From positions 10,044,001 to 10,108,000 of the forward strand of contig JAQFVV010000008.1 in the NCBI GenBank assembly GCA_028023455.1: a stretch of DNA of 64,000 nt. The letters are read 5' to 3'. Positions within the stretch are counted from its first letter, which is position 1. Each line of letters starts with the position of its first letter. The position numbers and the translations under genes were made by a program. Shown in pieces: positions 35,358 through 48,685 of this stretch. The notes under the pieces were generated by a model that made no database searches, was not told the origin of the DNA, and saw only the letters and a program-made list of their open reading frames with translations. This DNA comes from Epiperipatus broadwayi (taxonomy: Eukaryota > Animalia > Onychophora).

Positions 35358-35627
35358 CATTCTTCTATATTCAATTTAAAGTACAGTGTATTATGAATAT
35401 TAGCAATCAATAACATAAACAGACCAAACTTCTGTAAAATAGGTTTACTAAAGCTAAACCTCCAGTTTTTTCACCTCAGAGCACTTATAAATTATAATAA
35501 TATATTTTATTTTCACTCTATGAACATTATTCTAAAGAAATCATTATTCACATTGTATTTTAAACTTTACCACAGCATAATAAGCTGGTGGTTCGGCCTC
35601 AGCAAAACATTGCTTTGAAAATTTGAA
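35358..35627 (-). other. Candidate pair of small host exons (35571-35627 and 35358-35431)
   Basis: Donors GTG|GTAAAG (35570) and ATG|GTAAGT (35357); acceptor CCTATTTTACAG| (35432). Spliced frame is open: FKFSKQCFAEAEPPAYYAV / KFGLFMLLIANIHNTLYFKLNIEE. Product not recognised. Confidence 0.25.
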
Positions 35628-35803
35628 CTTGTTTAGTTCAAATTACAATAGAATATGATAATTGTAAAATATACCTTATTTTTAATTTAGCACTAGAGAT
35701 AGCTGTAAATGAACTTCACTTGTTTATTGTATATTCAAAATGATCGTAAAATAAATTAAATTACAAGTTGCATTTAAATAAAATGAACCAGTACTATATT
35801 CTA

Positions 35804-35817
35804 ACTTCCCCGGAAGT
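35804..35817. promoter_or_regulatory. Inverted pair of ETS-type motifs
   Basis: ACTTCC-C-CGGAAGT about 190 bp upstream of the candidate minus-strand exons, with a few retained CpGs nearby. Confidence 0.3.
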
Positions 35818-37620
35818 AAATGCTCATTTCTACTGATCCATTTTTTTATATATAGTGCTGTCTGTTAGTTTTAAAATCTTATTATGCAAAACAAAACAAA
35901 AGAAATGAATAATTGGATCAAATTATTGTAATAGATGAATTATTTTTACTTCTAAATAAAAATTTTAATAATTATTATACTTTTGTTCTTTAGTAAATTA
36001 ATTAGAGGTTTTTTTAAAAATCATAAATAGGGGGAGGGAGTAGATAAATAAATAAAAATCAAACACAATTAATTGAAATCTTTTTTTTTTTTTTTGAGCA
36101 GTATATTATTTTAAAATCGACTTACGAGATAAAAGACCATCTACAGATATATTGAATTTATTTATTTGAAAATAATTTTTATTTTGATTAATTAAAAAAA
36201 AAATAATGAAAAGAAATAAAATGAATGAGTTTTTCTTTTGAAATAAATTTTTTATTATTATTTATTTTTAAATTCAAAGTAAATGCCAGTTATAATTATC
36301 CATTGTACTTTATGTCACTTTATTGAGATTTTTTTTTTTTTTTTCAGAAATTAGATTAATCATAGCCAACACAACATATAAATTGTATTTTTTCAAACTG
36401 AATATTTTTTTGTTTAGATATCCAAGATATTCAAAGGCACAGTCATTGTTGTGTCAAATGATTCAATTTATTTTCACTTTACAAGCCTTTTAAATCAAAT
36501 ATTTTGTACTATGGATAAAATTATAAAATTAGATAAATATGAATTCATTAATAATATATAAAATGAACAATTATTATTTAAACTATAACTTTTAAATAAG
36601 CACCTACAATTATAAGTTTCATTTATATAGATAAATGTTGATAGTAAAAAGTGAAACATACACTATTCTTTGCTAAATTATGCTCTTACTCTACATTATT
36701 TAAGCTTACCTAAATAGACTGACTATTTATAAATTTACAGGTGGAAAAGTCTCAGATAAATAACTGGAGCTAAGACTCATGAAAGAGTATTCACTACTGG
36801 TAGTATAAAAGAAACCCATCATTAATCATTCATTATTAACAAAAAAAATTGCAAATATTTGATTTGTAATTTACTTTTTCCTCATTTAATTCATTAAATT
36901 ATTCAAGATTTCAAGAATGACTTTAATTACAAGCCATGATGACCTTTAAACAAAAACTTGGGAAACTCACTTAATTGAACTGTTTGAAGGTGCTACATCA
37001 ATTCCAATTATGTTAGTATTGTGCCAAAAAATATCTAGTTAGCCTGCAGACCAGAAGTAAATCTCTTCAAATATTAAAGTCTTTTTTTTATTGAAAGAAA
37101 TGCAAATATTTGCTAAGAATAAACGAAATATTACATCTGCAATAAATATTATAGTATTTGAAAAAAAATAAGCCACTAGCTCAAATAGCATGCCTAGATG
37201 ATACCCATTGGATATGTGCAATACAAATGCTTCCAAATCAGATCAATTAACTAGAAATGATCCTGGGGATATTTTTTTTTGTTTACTAATGCTAACATAA
37301 AGATGATTCTGAACAAAAGTTCACTGCTATTCTAATATAAAATAAATATATGCTGCTCATATTAAAGAATTACAAATAATAAATGAAAACAATTCTAATT
37401 TATTTCATTTGTGCCCATCTCCATTAGACATAGGATTTTAGAATAATTATTATTTAGATTATTACAACATTTTAAAGTATTTTAATCTTAATCTGTTCAA
37501 TGAGTTTCAATGAAATTTTAGTTTTGATTTAATTTATTTAACTTTAATGTTGTAATTAATAATTTATAAAGTGCATACTCATTATGTAATTAATATATAT
37601 ATATATTAAGGCTATAATCT

Positions 37621-37686
37621 TAAGACTATGTGCCTAAAATGCAATAGTAGAGATCCCTATTGTCACATTTTAGGCACATAGTCTTA
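37621..37686. repeat. 66-nt near-perfect hairpin (pre-miRNA-sized or mini-MITE)
   Basis: A 21-bp perfect stem TAAGACTATGTGCCTAAAATG / CATTTTAGGCACATAGTCTTA, a 3-nt bulge, a further 6 bp CAATAG/CTATTG and a 9-nt loop. Confidence 0.8.
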
Positions 37687-39149
37687 TTTATTTAAATTTT
37701 TAAATGATATGTGAGTGATTGAGAATAATGCTCTTTTCACTGCTCTATGATTGCATTATGATTTTTAATTATCAAAAACTTGTGGCTTGGTGATAGTAAT
37801 ATTACTTTTCATTAAACAATGTTAAAATAATGATCTTACAGGAGATCAAAGTATATGGTATTTTCTGAAAACATTAGCCATTGGATAAAAAAAAAAAAAA
37901 TTTAAATATTTTCAGATAAATTTATTATCTAATTTTTCATCATGGTATAAAGTGGTTGTTGTTGTTTTTTAATTTTTTAAATCTATTTTGTGCATATTTT
38001 TTTAAAGAAAATATAAATCTTAGAAAGATTATTATCACTAAAATGAAAAATAATTTTGATTAATTTGCTTATAAAAGTGAGAAGTAAGATATTTATAAAA
38101 TAACAGATGAATGTTAAATTTTAAACTGAAATATTCATGGCAAGGAAACAAATCTATTATATTATTAAGCATCAAATAGATAAAGTACAACTGAGCTATC
38201 CCATTATTTTATGATGCATATCTTGCTGTCAGAAACACTGCTTATTCAGCCTTTCAATAAATATTTTAATCAATATTAGCATCTCAAGTTAAATCTTAAA
38301 CAGATTATTATTATAAACTTGCTACTCAACTAGATCATCATATCAGATTTTTTATTTGTATTTATTATTCAAGGCCAACCTGCGAGATCATAAAGTTCAA
38401 ATCATGGTATAAAATATGAAAATGTTTATTTTATCAAAGATCTTCCTAAGCTTGATGATACCAACACAGTCAACAAATAACATATCCCAAAAGAATATGG
38501 CAAAAATGGTGGAGTTAACCATACAAGTTGATATACTAGCTCCATCTTATGCTAGTTGTTTATGTATTCAGCCTTTAATAAAATGATATTATTAAACTAT
38601 TAATAATGTTTAAGTCATCAAAATCATTGTATTTAAAAAATAAAATAACATTATAAATCTTTTTTTGACAAAAATTATTAAACTACTATTGCAATTAATA
38701 ACTGAAAAATTGATTAATTAACAATGAAATTGTTGCATTCCATTTGAGTATTTGAATATTATATAACAATGATTTGTTTTTACTGAAAAATTGCAATGGT
38801 AACATGCCATAGAATAAATGGTTTGATAATCTTATTATTTCATAATCTTTCTCAATTCAATAGTAACTAGTTCATTGTACATAGATAAAAAATATATCTC
38901 TTTGTTTTTAGATATAAAACATATTATTATCCCACAACTATTTAACATTGTTAAAACAGGCAAAACACTATATATATATATATTGCCATACACATGTCAA
39001 AAAAAGAGAAAAAACATGGTACTTATTATATTTAAGAAGTGTGAAGATAGAAGTAAAATATAAATTAATGTTTAAAATGTGAATTAATATCATTATATTT
39101 TTCTAAGGTTTTCAAGTTTCTATTATAGTTTATTAATGAAAGGTTAAAA

Positions 39150-39750
39150 TAAAAATGAATCAAACTATTTTTTTAAAAAAATACTACTGTGATGCTTGGC
39201 ATTATAAATATTAATGATAAAAGTCCAAACTTCTTTTCAGATAATTTTCATTTGATGATTTTCACTAAAAGGGGGAAAGCTTTGATTATATTCTATTCTA
39301 GATTTCTTTTTCTCACTAGCTTAATGTACAAGTATAAATTATTCTATAATTTATCATTACCATCTTCAAATTTAAATTCTAAGATTGCAATGTCACAACT
39401 TTGAGTTTATCTCAACTATTTATTTATCAAAATCAAACATTTCTGACTTATTACATGCAAAAGATTTGAAGGATCTATAAAATCAATTTTCTTATGAACT
39501 ACTTCTTCCTCTATTAAAACTATTACTTCAATAATATAATTTATTAGTAGCAGATCAATATAGCTATCACTTTTGTTTTCACTTATTTTATCAATAACTC
39601 GGTGCATTTCTTTTATTATAATATTCTTATCATATTTTTCACCTATTATTCCTATGAGTTCTAAGTATATTCTTTACAAATTTTCTCTCTAATTAAAAAA
39701 GACTGTAAAATTACTTCAAATAAATGTTGATGGGATATCAAATTAAAAAT
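39150..39750 (-). mobile_element. LINE RT 3' relic (weak)
   Basis: ORF 39416-39607 segment SYIDLLL…LILINK loosely follows the ADD…IN..KT order of a LINE RT. Confidence 0.25.
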
Positions 39751-40099
39751 GCAATTATCTATAAAATGACAGAATACCACAGAGTTGATCTAAGACATAT
39801 TAATGTTTACAATTTTTATCCTTATATTAGTTATTGAAGAAATAGAAAGTATGAATATTATTATTTCAAACCATTTAGAAGTGCAAAACAATCATTATTT
39901 AATTAGATAATTTATATTTTTAATATTTGCAAGCTCCAAAATAAAGCACTCCTATTTAGAATGGATTGCTTTAAAACAGACATACTTACTTTGTATGTCA
40001 AAAAAAGAGGAGAAATCTTCTATTCAGGAAGGTAACAGTGATTGATATTTGTTAAACAAAATAAATTGTTTATTGCTGGTCAATTAATGTATGATTCAT

Positions 40100-41800
40100 G
40101 TCCCATCAGCCTTAGAATACATAAATTTATATTTCCAGAAATATTTTTTTAAAAATCTTTATTGAGGTCAAGACGATGAAGATCTTTAAAGGAATAATGA
40201 TTGAATCCCATCTATTCTCTCTTACTATAATGCATTTTATCAAACTCATTATAGCTTCTAAAGAATTCATGCATCAAAAACACAAAGCAATGAATGCATA
40301 TCTATCAGAGAAATAGAAAATTCTGATAAATGTAAATATATTATTATAAAAAAACTTCTAAAAATTGACATTGTTTCAGTCAATGAGACCATCAGTTTCG
40401 TGAATCAGATTTCTATACCTAAGATTGATAGAAGTGGTAAAAGTATTGCTAAATTAGAACCATAGGCTTTTCTTTAATAACGTTCTTCTAACAAAAACCT
40501 AATAAGACCATTAGATATTGATGAATAAAGACTTACTCTTGACTGTTTAAATCAGGAATATTGCAGGAATAGATAACATATTTTCAGAAATTCAAAATCA
40601 ATACAGCATAATTTCTAAAAATTTGACTATATATATATAGCAAATTTAAAACTATAAATCTAACAATTATTAAAAAATACTGATACTATGTGTTCCTTTC
40701 TATTAAGAGTTGTACGAGGATAAAAATAATGTGCTTAGTTTTTATATTTATTTATCTACCTTTAAAACGAAATCTCAAATAATTAAAGATTACTGCTATT
40801 TTTATTGATCTGGCCTCAGGTTAGGACTCAGTTTTTGAAAAATAGTTCACTTCTAAAATTATGCAGAAAAAATATTAAAAACATATTCTCTAAATAAGCT
40901 TTCACAAAATGCTTTTCAATAATTCTACCATCTAGTATCTGTTGATAACTAAAGCTAATAATAAAGATTAGAGCACTTAATATAGTCTATTCTTTTAAAT
41001 AATCATAAAAAATATTCACAGAATGAGCTTCTACAGGCTTTAGTACTTTCTCCTATCATATTTGATATACTTCTAGAAGTAACAATTCATCTGTGCTAAT
41101 AAGACTGATTTGGTAGATCCTTCCTAAAAAAATATCTTAATAAATATACAATTTTTTAATGTTTTTCAAAGACTAGAGATGAGTTTAATTGCTAATCTTC
41201 CCCCAAAAGATAGCATGCCCAATATTTCATCTAAATAACAGAGGAAATACTGCACATTGAACACCTATTATAACAAAAATCTAAACCCTGATGCAATTCA
41301 CTTTACTTTAAAATGCTATTGAACTATATTCATTTTTTATTTATCAATAGATGGACCTAAAATTGCTGAAATGCTTTCAGAAATCATGCAAATCTTTTGA
41401 GAATAACTTTCTCAGTGCTTGCTTATTTTACAGCAGATACTAGTCTCCTGCTTGAGGTAAAAACAATCTGATCAAGTTTTTAGGTACAATTGCTCTCTAT
41501 TTTAAAAGTAAAACTCACACTCTATCATATTGCCCTCTATTGAATATTAAAATACTATTAACTTCACAGAAATTATGTAAAAAAGCTATTTAGTAGATAA
41601 AAATTTACTATTAATCCAAGACATAGTTTAACTGCACAACATTAGAATGTTCAGTCAGAGAACATCTCAAACAACAGAAAAAAAATTATAGCACAATAAT
41701 TATTTGTTTGAGATTCTAGATAATTTTGTTTTTCAGACTCAGCAGCAAGGCTGGTTGCAGTTGATCTTACAATATACTGTTAGAATATGATTAATAATTT
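40100..41800 (+). mobile_element. CR1/L2/Jockey-type RT relic
   Basis: ELLQALVLSPIIFDI (41025-41069, resembles GxPQGSVLSPxLF), IKFLG (41471-41485), and decayed YRPISL and KAFD blocks near 40385 and 40610. Confidence 0.6.
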
Positions 41801-42929
41801 GTAAATAATTCTTGATAATTGTTGATAACACCTTTAAAAATAGAATTTAGCAGCTTTTGACTTAAGAAGCACAAACTGAAAACCATATAAACCAATAAAT
41901 GCCCTATTTTATGTATATGATGGAAGAATTAAATACTTTGATGAAATATAAAGATTTATAATGTTTACTTTATAAATAATTAAAAATGACCTTGGAAAAA
42001 AACATCCACACACTTAATAAACGAACTATATATGTATATTTTATTTGCCCTGTAGCTAAATAAACTATATATATATATTGTAGGTTAATGAAAAAACTTA
42101 CACAGCCTCAGGATAATTTTCACTTAGTAGTAATTGATAGTTTCCTAGCAACATCAAAAGCTAAAGTTATCTCTGTTTACACTGACATAATCTCTTAATT
42201 TATTGTTTATTAAACTAAAAATCTATAAAAAAATATAATTCAATATATAAATATAATCAATCATTTTACTCATTTTTATGCATTATTTCCACATAATTTT
42301 TTATTTTATGAAGTAAATCATTTTACAAATACACTAAAAAATAAATAGTACATGAAATTCAAAAAATTGGAAGATCAATAATTTAATTACCATCAGATTG
42401 AAGTTAGTATGTAAACTTAAGACATATGTTAAAAGACTTTATATTGTGATTATAATATCTATCTGCTATGTTCATAGCATAATGTGTCCAAGCAAGTTTA
42501 TGATTTTTTTTTCAAATAGTCATTTGTAATCAACACAACAGATTATTCCAATTATTGATTAACCAGTGGGTATCTAGATAGTTTTGTCTAAATTAATATG
42601 AGAATAGTCTTTTCTTTCATTATTCCACAATAAAATTTTAGAATAGCTAGTTATCCTGTAGTGAGTTATTTAAAACTATTTTATATTTTGTTACACATGC
42701 TGCTAAAAGTCATTTATATCAGTCATATTATTTATTTACCATATCATGTTCTAAAAGATATAATAAAATATATCAACTACATATTATATGCAATAAATCA
42801 AAAAGATATGTTTGATTTATCTATAGTGATTAATCAAACAGTGTGTGAATAATGTCAGTATTAAAGAATCTTTTTTTAAAAGAAACTATTATTAGTTCAG
42901 TGATTTTTAGAAGGATATATTGATGTGTT

Positions 42930-43750
42930 AGAGACATGGGACTAGAAAAATATAGAATGGAAATCCTAACAAAAATGAGAAGAAACAGTAAAGATGTCTT
43001 TTCAATATACTACATGACTTTCCATTATAAAATTTGCTCAGAGATTATATTTCTTCTGAAAATTCTTGTGGATAAAAAAAACTTGTGGCAATTTTATTAC
43101 ATTCCTGACAAAAATCTCCATTCCTTAGCAGTATTTTTAATTTAGAAAGCATTTTAATTAATTTCTTCAATAGTTGAAACTTGACCCAATTATAATTTTT
43201 TCCAAATACTAAATTTCTCTTTTTCTTTTCCTATAAAAAATATTAACACAGAAAGTTATTTAAACTTTCACATCCACAGACATATTTAGAAATAGCAATA
43301 AAGACTTATATGGACACATTAATTTATTATCACTAGAACTAAATATTTTGATTTTTAATTAAATAAAATCTTAGTGTCCTACTAACCTTTTTTTTTAAAG
43401 ATGTAGTTGATTTTTAGCACAATCATATTTAATATATTTGAAGTGCCATATAGATGAAACCATAGTTCACATATTAAGTCAATTTTAGAGATTATTAAAG
43501 ATAGAATACATATTACTCTCTTATTGGATTCTGGATCCATGTCATTATTGCATGCTAACTTTTTCAGGGTTTCTTCTCTGTTATTTATATCAATACTAAT
43601 GTTTTGTTTGAATGCATTATATTTATATCCAAACACAAACATTAATAAACTCAAGACAATACAAAATTATGACCAAAAATTATACTGTTGGATTATAAAA
43701 TCAGGTTTGGGACAGATAGGTCTTGGCTTCTCAAACATTTCTTTTTTTCT
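42930..43750 (+). mobile_element. Possible highly decayed piggyBac-like transposase relic
   Basis: NLWQFYYIPDKNL (about 43080-43120) and LLDYKIRFGTD (about 43685-43717) resemble the piggyBac 'Y.P...L.iDE' and 'DYN..MGGVD' blocks. Confidence 0.3.
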
Positions 43751-44320
43751 TTCTAGAAAATATTTTATTTTGTTAATGTATTCTTATTGTATTTACTGAA
43801 TATATATATAAAAAAAATTTTATATATTTTTTTTTTTTTGTTATCTACAAGTATAAAACCTTAGTAAAATCCAATAAAATATACTGTTGAAAGATAAAGA
43901 ACCAGTTTTTTTTTATTCACACTAATATTTTAATGCAAAAGAAAAATGCTTAAAATTAATATTTAAATGTCTACATGTTTATATTTACAGAGAGAGTGAG
44001 AGAGAAAGAGAGTTAATTTTTTTAACAAGATATTAATTTTAATATTCACATAATTTTGTGAAATTAAAACAAGAATTACTGTAATTGCAGGTTTAATTAT
44101 TTAAATTTATTTATAAATCAAGCTTTAAGTTATACTCTTAATTTTGTGAACAGCTAAACTAATTAGAAAAAATGAAAAATTAAGTGTAGGATTCTAACTA
44201 ATACATAAATTTAATATTTTAAAATATCATACAATATAAATGTCAGTGTACACATACACATATATATTAAATTTGTCATTAATTATGTATTATAAAAATG
44301 AATTTCATTTTTAGATTTAT

Positions 44321-44650
44321 GACAATTCAAATATGTTTATAAATTATTATATTTCATGTCTGTGTGCTGATATGTTTTATGTAAACTTATTATGAGGTAT
44401 TAGTAAATCACAATGGGATAGCTTATTCTTTTATTATTATATGATAATTCCTATATGTAACTGTACATCCGTGTGCTTATAAATCAATGTGTGTCAGATA
44501 GACACATATATGTTAAAATTAATAATTTTTTAATTATATAACAATTCAAATATATTCATAAAATATACCGCACGTCTGTGTGCTGATATATGTTTGATGT
44601 AAACCCATTATGAGGTATTTGTAACTCACAATGTAGTAGCTAATTGTATA
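44321..44650. repeat. Diverged direct duplication, period about 220 bp
   Basis: ACAATTCAAATAT…GTCTGTGTGCTGATAT…TGTAAAC…ATTATGAGGTATT…TCACAATG occurs at about 44322-44415 and about 44541-44635. Confidence 0.75.
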
Positions 44651-45399
44651 TTAATCAAAATCAGAATGCTGAATTTATATTTATGACATACTCACAGCCC
44701 TTAATTTCATTTTCATTGTTATTATTAAATTGATATTTCATTGTTAAAATTATTCCAGTGAACTTACTCAATCCTAAATAGTTTTAGAATATTATATGTT
44801 GTATTATTTCTTGCTCAGTGTTATAAAGCTTTTGTTCTCTGATCTAGATTTGTGTATAATGGTCTGTTATATAAAAAGAGTTTATATTATTTATGGGCAT
44901 CCAGTTGATTATGCTCCTGGATTGGTGCAAAGAGAATATCCTGTTCATAGCCATGCTCACACAATGCAATTTTGAATTTTAAAATTTGCAACACCTGGTT
45001 TCAGTTTAAACTGGTGGAAATCTACACAGTCTATGCATGTGATTTTTACATCTTTTCTCCTAGTTTCAGAAAATGTAAGTATCATTTTTCTACAATAATA
45101 ATTAAAAAATTTATGATAATTTTTGTACATAAGTAAATTGAATTTGTCTTTCAGTTTTTTCATTTTTAACAGACAGAATTATGTTTACTGTGAAATTTAT
45201 ATCAGAATAAATGCAAGATTTCACCAATCTTCTTAGTCTGTATAAGGATTGAACATTATTGAGAGAAGCCTTCCATGGTAAGAATTTGATTTTATATATT
45301 TTTAAATTATTATTTGATAAAAAAATATCCGAAAAAAATTATTATTGAAACAAACATATACATTGATCAAAAAATAACTCATGATTGTGTAAATTTATA

Positions 45400-45790
45400 T
45401 TATGAATTATCTGCATTTTTTGGTATGATAATGAGATTGGGATCACATATCTGGTATATGAATTAGCTGATATGGAGTTCTGATAAGAGACAAAGACAAA
45501 CATATTTTGCAAATATTATGGCCCGATTTAGATTTTTTTCTATATCTTGTCTGCATTTTAATAATAATAATAAGATTTTGACAGAGTATATAAACTTAGG
45601 CCACTTATAGACTACTCCAATGTAAATTTCAAAGTTACATATCAAATGCAAAGAGAAATGGCAGTTGATGAAGCTATTACTAAATTTACTGGTCATAATA
45701 GCATGAAGCAATATGAGATCTCAAAACTGATAAAGGTAAAATAAATAATATTACATTGCATTGACTGTAAACCACTAACTTATGTACCTC
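45400..45790 (+). mobile_element. piggyBac-family (DDE_Tnp_1_7-like) transposase relic
   Basis: IMARFRFFSISCLHFNN, then after a frameshift DFDRVYKLRPLIDYSNVNF…MAVDEAITKFTGHNSMKQYEISKLIK, matching the piggyBac RF..LHF / KxRP / DE..F.GR...KQY...KP blocks. Confidence 0.8.
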
Positions 45791-46710
45791 AGGCTTAACT
45801 CTATAATGAATTTAGTATTTCATTCACTTTTTATTTCATTTTATTATTTTATGCTGTATATAATGACTATGTTAATAGTAATTTAAAATAAATTACAAAC
45901 TTTATTGAAGTTCTTTATTATAATATTCAAATTATACTAATTATTGATCAATATTAACTACTTGTTATTAGGGATATTTTTATGAATGATATATTCATTG
46001 CAAATGCCTGTATGAAAAACATTTTGAAGAGCAACTAGGAAAAAATGAAAGGTACTAATATTTTTATTGTACAAAGTGTTCAAGTGATGGATTATCTTAA
46101 GTAAATGTTATCATATATCAATTCATTAGAAATTTAATGATGAAAGCAACTAATCTATTAACAAAAATATAATTTTAAAATGTATGCATGAAAATTTAGA
46201 ATTTATGAAGTAATATGAAAATAATTATTAGAAATATTAAAATTTTATTCATTTTTTTATTACTTTGAATATCAATGGCTATATTTTTTCAGCTTAATTA
46301 CATTCTTTGGTGTTTTATGTTTCAAACAATATAAATTTATGTCATTTTTGAATAATACAAACTTAAGTTATGATAAAATTTGCAGCTCAACATAACTTTT
46401 TAAATATTCAATATGGCTGCTTTGCCAGCGAAAAGGTTAAGGAATAAAGTATGTCTTTTGCTTTTTTGATAAAAAAAATTAAACTATTGGACAGATACAA
46501 GTTATTCTTTTTATTCAACTGCATTTAAAGTGAACCAACTCAATAATACTAAGTAACATATTTTTTAATTTGTTTTCTAAACAACATATATTGTAGAAAC
46601 AAACTATTATTCTCCAGAGGCTAGTTGGAGGTAATGTTAGAAACATAATTCACAACAATGATGTAACTTTTGGATTTTGTCTAATGGGAAAACAATGAAG
46701 GGAAAACATT

Positions 46711-46808
46711 TGTCAAGCATTGGTGGCTTAGTGGTTAGCATAGCTGTCTTCCAAGCAGCTGGCCTGGGTTCACTTCCTGGTCAATGCCTTTTACATATGG
46801 AAAAAAAA
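46711..46808 (+). pseudogene. tRNA-Gly(TCC)-derived pseudogene / short SINE
   Basis: Body 46717-46787 folds as a cloverleaf: acceptor GCATTGG/TCAATGC and anticodon arm GCTGT-CT-TCC-AA-GCAGC. The T loop TTCACTT lacks invariant A58. Same TTGTCAA leader and ACAYATG-An tail as the 25189 copy. Confidence 0.8.
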
Positions 46809-48685
46809 CTGACTGGATGTCACTACACCATTTCCTCCTTCTCATCATCATTATTATTATTTAACAAATATTTAATTAGATAATATAGTTAAATATTACA
46901 TATAAGCATATATATGTGTGATAATATTGCAAAAGACTGTCTTTTATTGTTTATAATAAAACAATTTTACAATATAATTTTAATTTAACAAAGTAGTATT
47001 GTACACATCAGATTCCATACATAACACATTATTATTAGTTCATATATATTATAGAGAAGTTTGATTTGAATCTTACTAGTGATAAATTTAAAAACTTAAA
47101 TAATTTTATGACAAGAATAGTAAATTACTACCAGCCGATGATTAAAATTATAATATTTCAAAATAAAATACAAATAACAGTTTTTATTGTGAATTCATGA
47201 AAGTTCAAATAAAATACAAATGCATATGTAAAATAATTTCTTCTGCTCTAACCTAATCTAATGACTTATAATTTTTTTAATCTCCATAATGCACTTTTTT
47301 TAATACTGTTTTTTTTTTATTAATATAATGATTATATTTTATATTTTAACATTTTATTTAACAGTAATAATAAATGTATTTGAAAAATTGAAAAAATTAA
47401 TTGCTTGGGTTAATATGGAAAATATTCCTTGATGAAAAAAAGGATTACTTGTGCTGATATAATGATTTGTTAACACAAAGTCATATCTGTGATCTTGAAT
47501 AGAGGCACCATCATAATGCATTAAACAATTCAGGCATTGCCAAGGGGCAATTGGTTAAGGATGGCTAAAATTAAATACATTATTAAATATTTTATTATAT
47601 ATATATATATATATATATTAACTTCAGTTTCATAGAAACATTATCAAGCATCTGATACAAATATATTCTTTTTAAAGAACTGAAAAGCAGAGCGCAGTCA
47701 TCCAACAATACCAGAATTGAAAGAAAATTGATCAGTTAAATGCTTTGTATATGTTTAAATGAATTTAGGTATATCTTATGATTTGTTAAAAAATCAACAT
47801 ATATTTCATATGATTTATCTGCATACTGTATATCTTACAATTGTAAGAATATATGATAATCACTGAACTAAAATGTTTAAATATATTATATATCACATGA
47901 TACCAGCCAATCTGTAAAATAAATCAATAGAATATCAACAATGTTGTCAAGGCAACACTCAGATTGTAAATGAAAATTCAATTATTATTAAGATCTAAAA
48001 TCTTAAATAGACCATGAGTAACTACAATTGACTAAAACAGAATGAGATTTAAACTGCCTAGAAGTTTTGTAAACTTCATTAAACAGGTCAGGAAAAATTG
48101 TGTGAAGACAGGACAAGATAATCTGTTTGAAGGTAGAATAAAGTTGCACAATGCTAATTGGTTATCATAAGTAAATCACATAACTCCAACCAATACCTAA
48201 AATAAAGCAATAAATTATCAACAATCTGTTGTGAAAGCAATACTCAGATAATAAATGGAAATCTATTTATTTAATGGAAATCTATTTATTTATTAGGCCC
48301 AAGATTTTAAATAGATCACAAGTAACTAAAACACTGTAAAATTAAAACGACCTTCAAATTGTTTATTGAAAAGTTCTATATAGTTTTAATATCAATATGT
48401 TTTAGACAATTATTACCCCTCATGATCTATTTAAGAACTTAGATCTTGATAATAAGTGTATTTTCATTTATTATCCTAGTGTTACTTTGACAATATTGTT
48501 GATATATTTACTGCTTTATTTTAAAGACTGGCTGGGCCCAATTAATTAAAATTTGTAATTTAATATATGTGATAATACAGTATTTATACACTTATGAAAT
48601 ATTGTGGAAATTAACTATTCATCACACATATGCTATAAAAATAATCACATTCTCCTGCCAATAAATGTTTTTAAAAAAATTCTTT

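Noticed and set aside
36300-38700. Possible hAT transposase relic (FEGATSI resembling YDGA)
   Set aside because: Only one loose motif; the other hAT blocks could not be found in order.
44392-44415. TGAGGTA as a let-7-family miRNA
   Set aside because: Only the 7-nt seed-like start matches, and there is no pre-miRNA-length hairpin around it.
46717-46787. Functional tRNA-Gly(TCC) gene
   Set aside because: The cloverleaf is mostly intact, but the T loop TTCACTT lacks invariant A58 and the T stem has two G-U pairs. It shares diagnostic changes with the retroposed 25189 copy.
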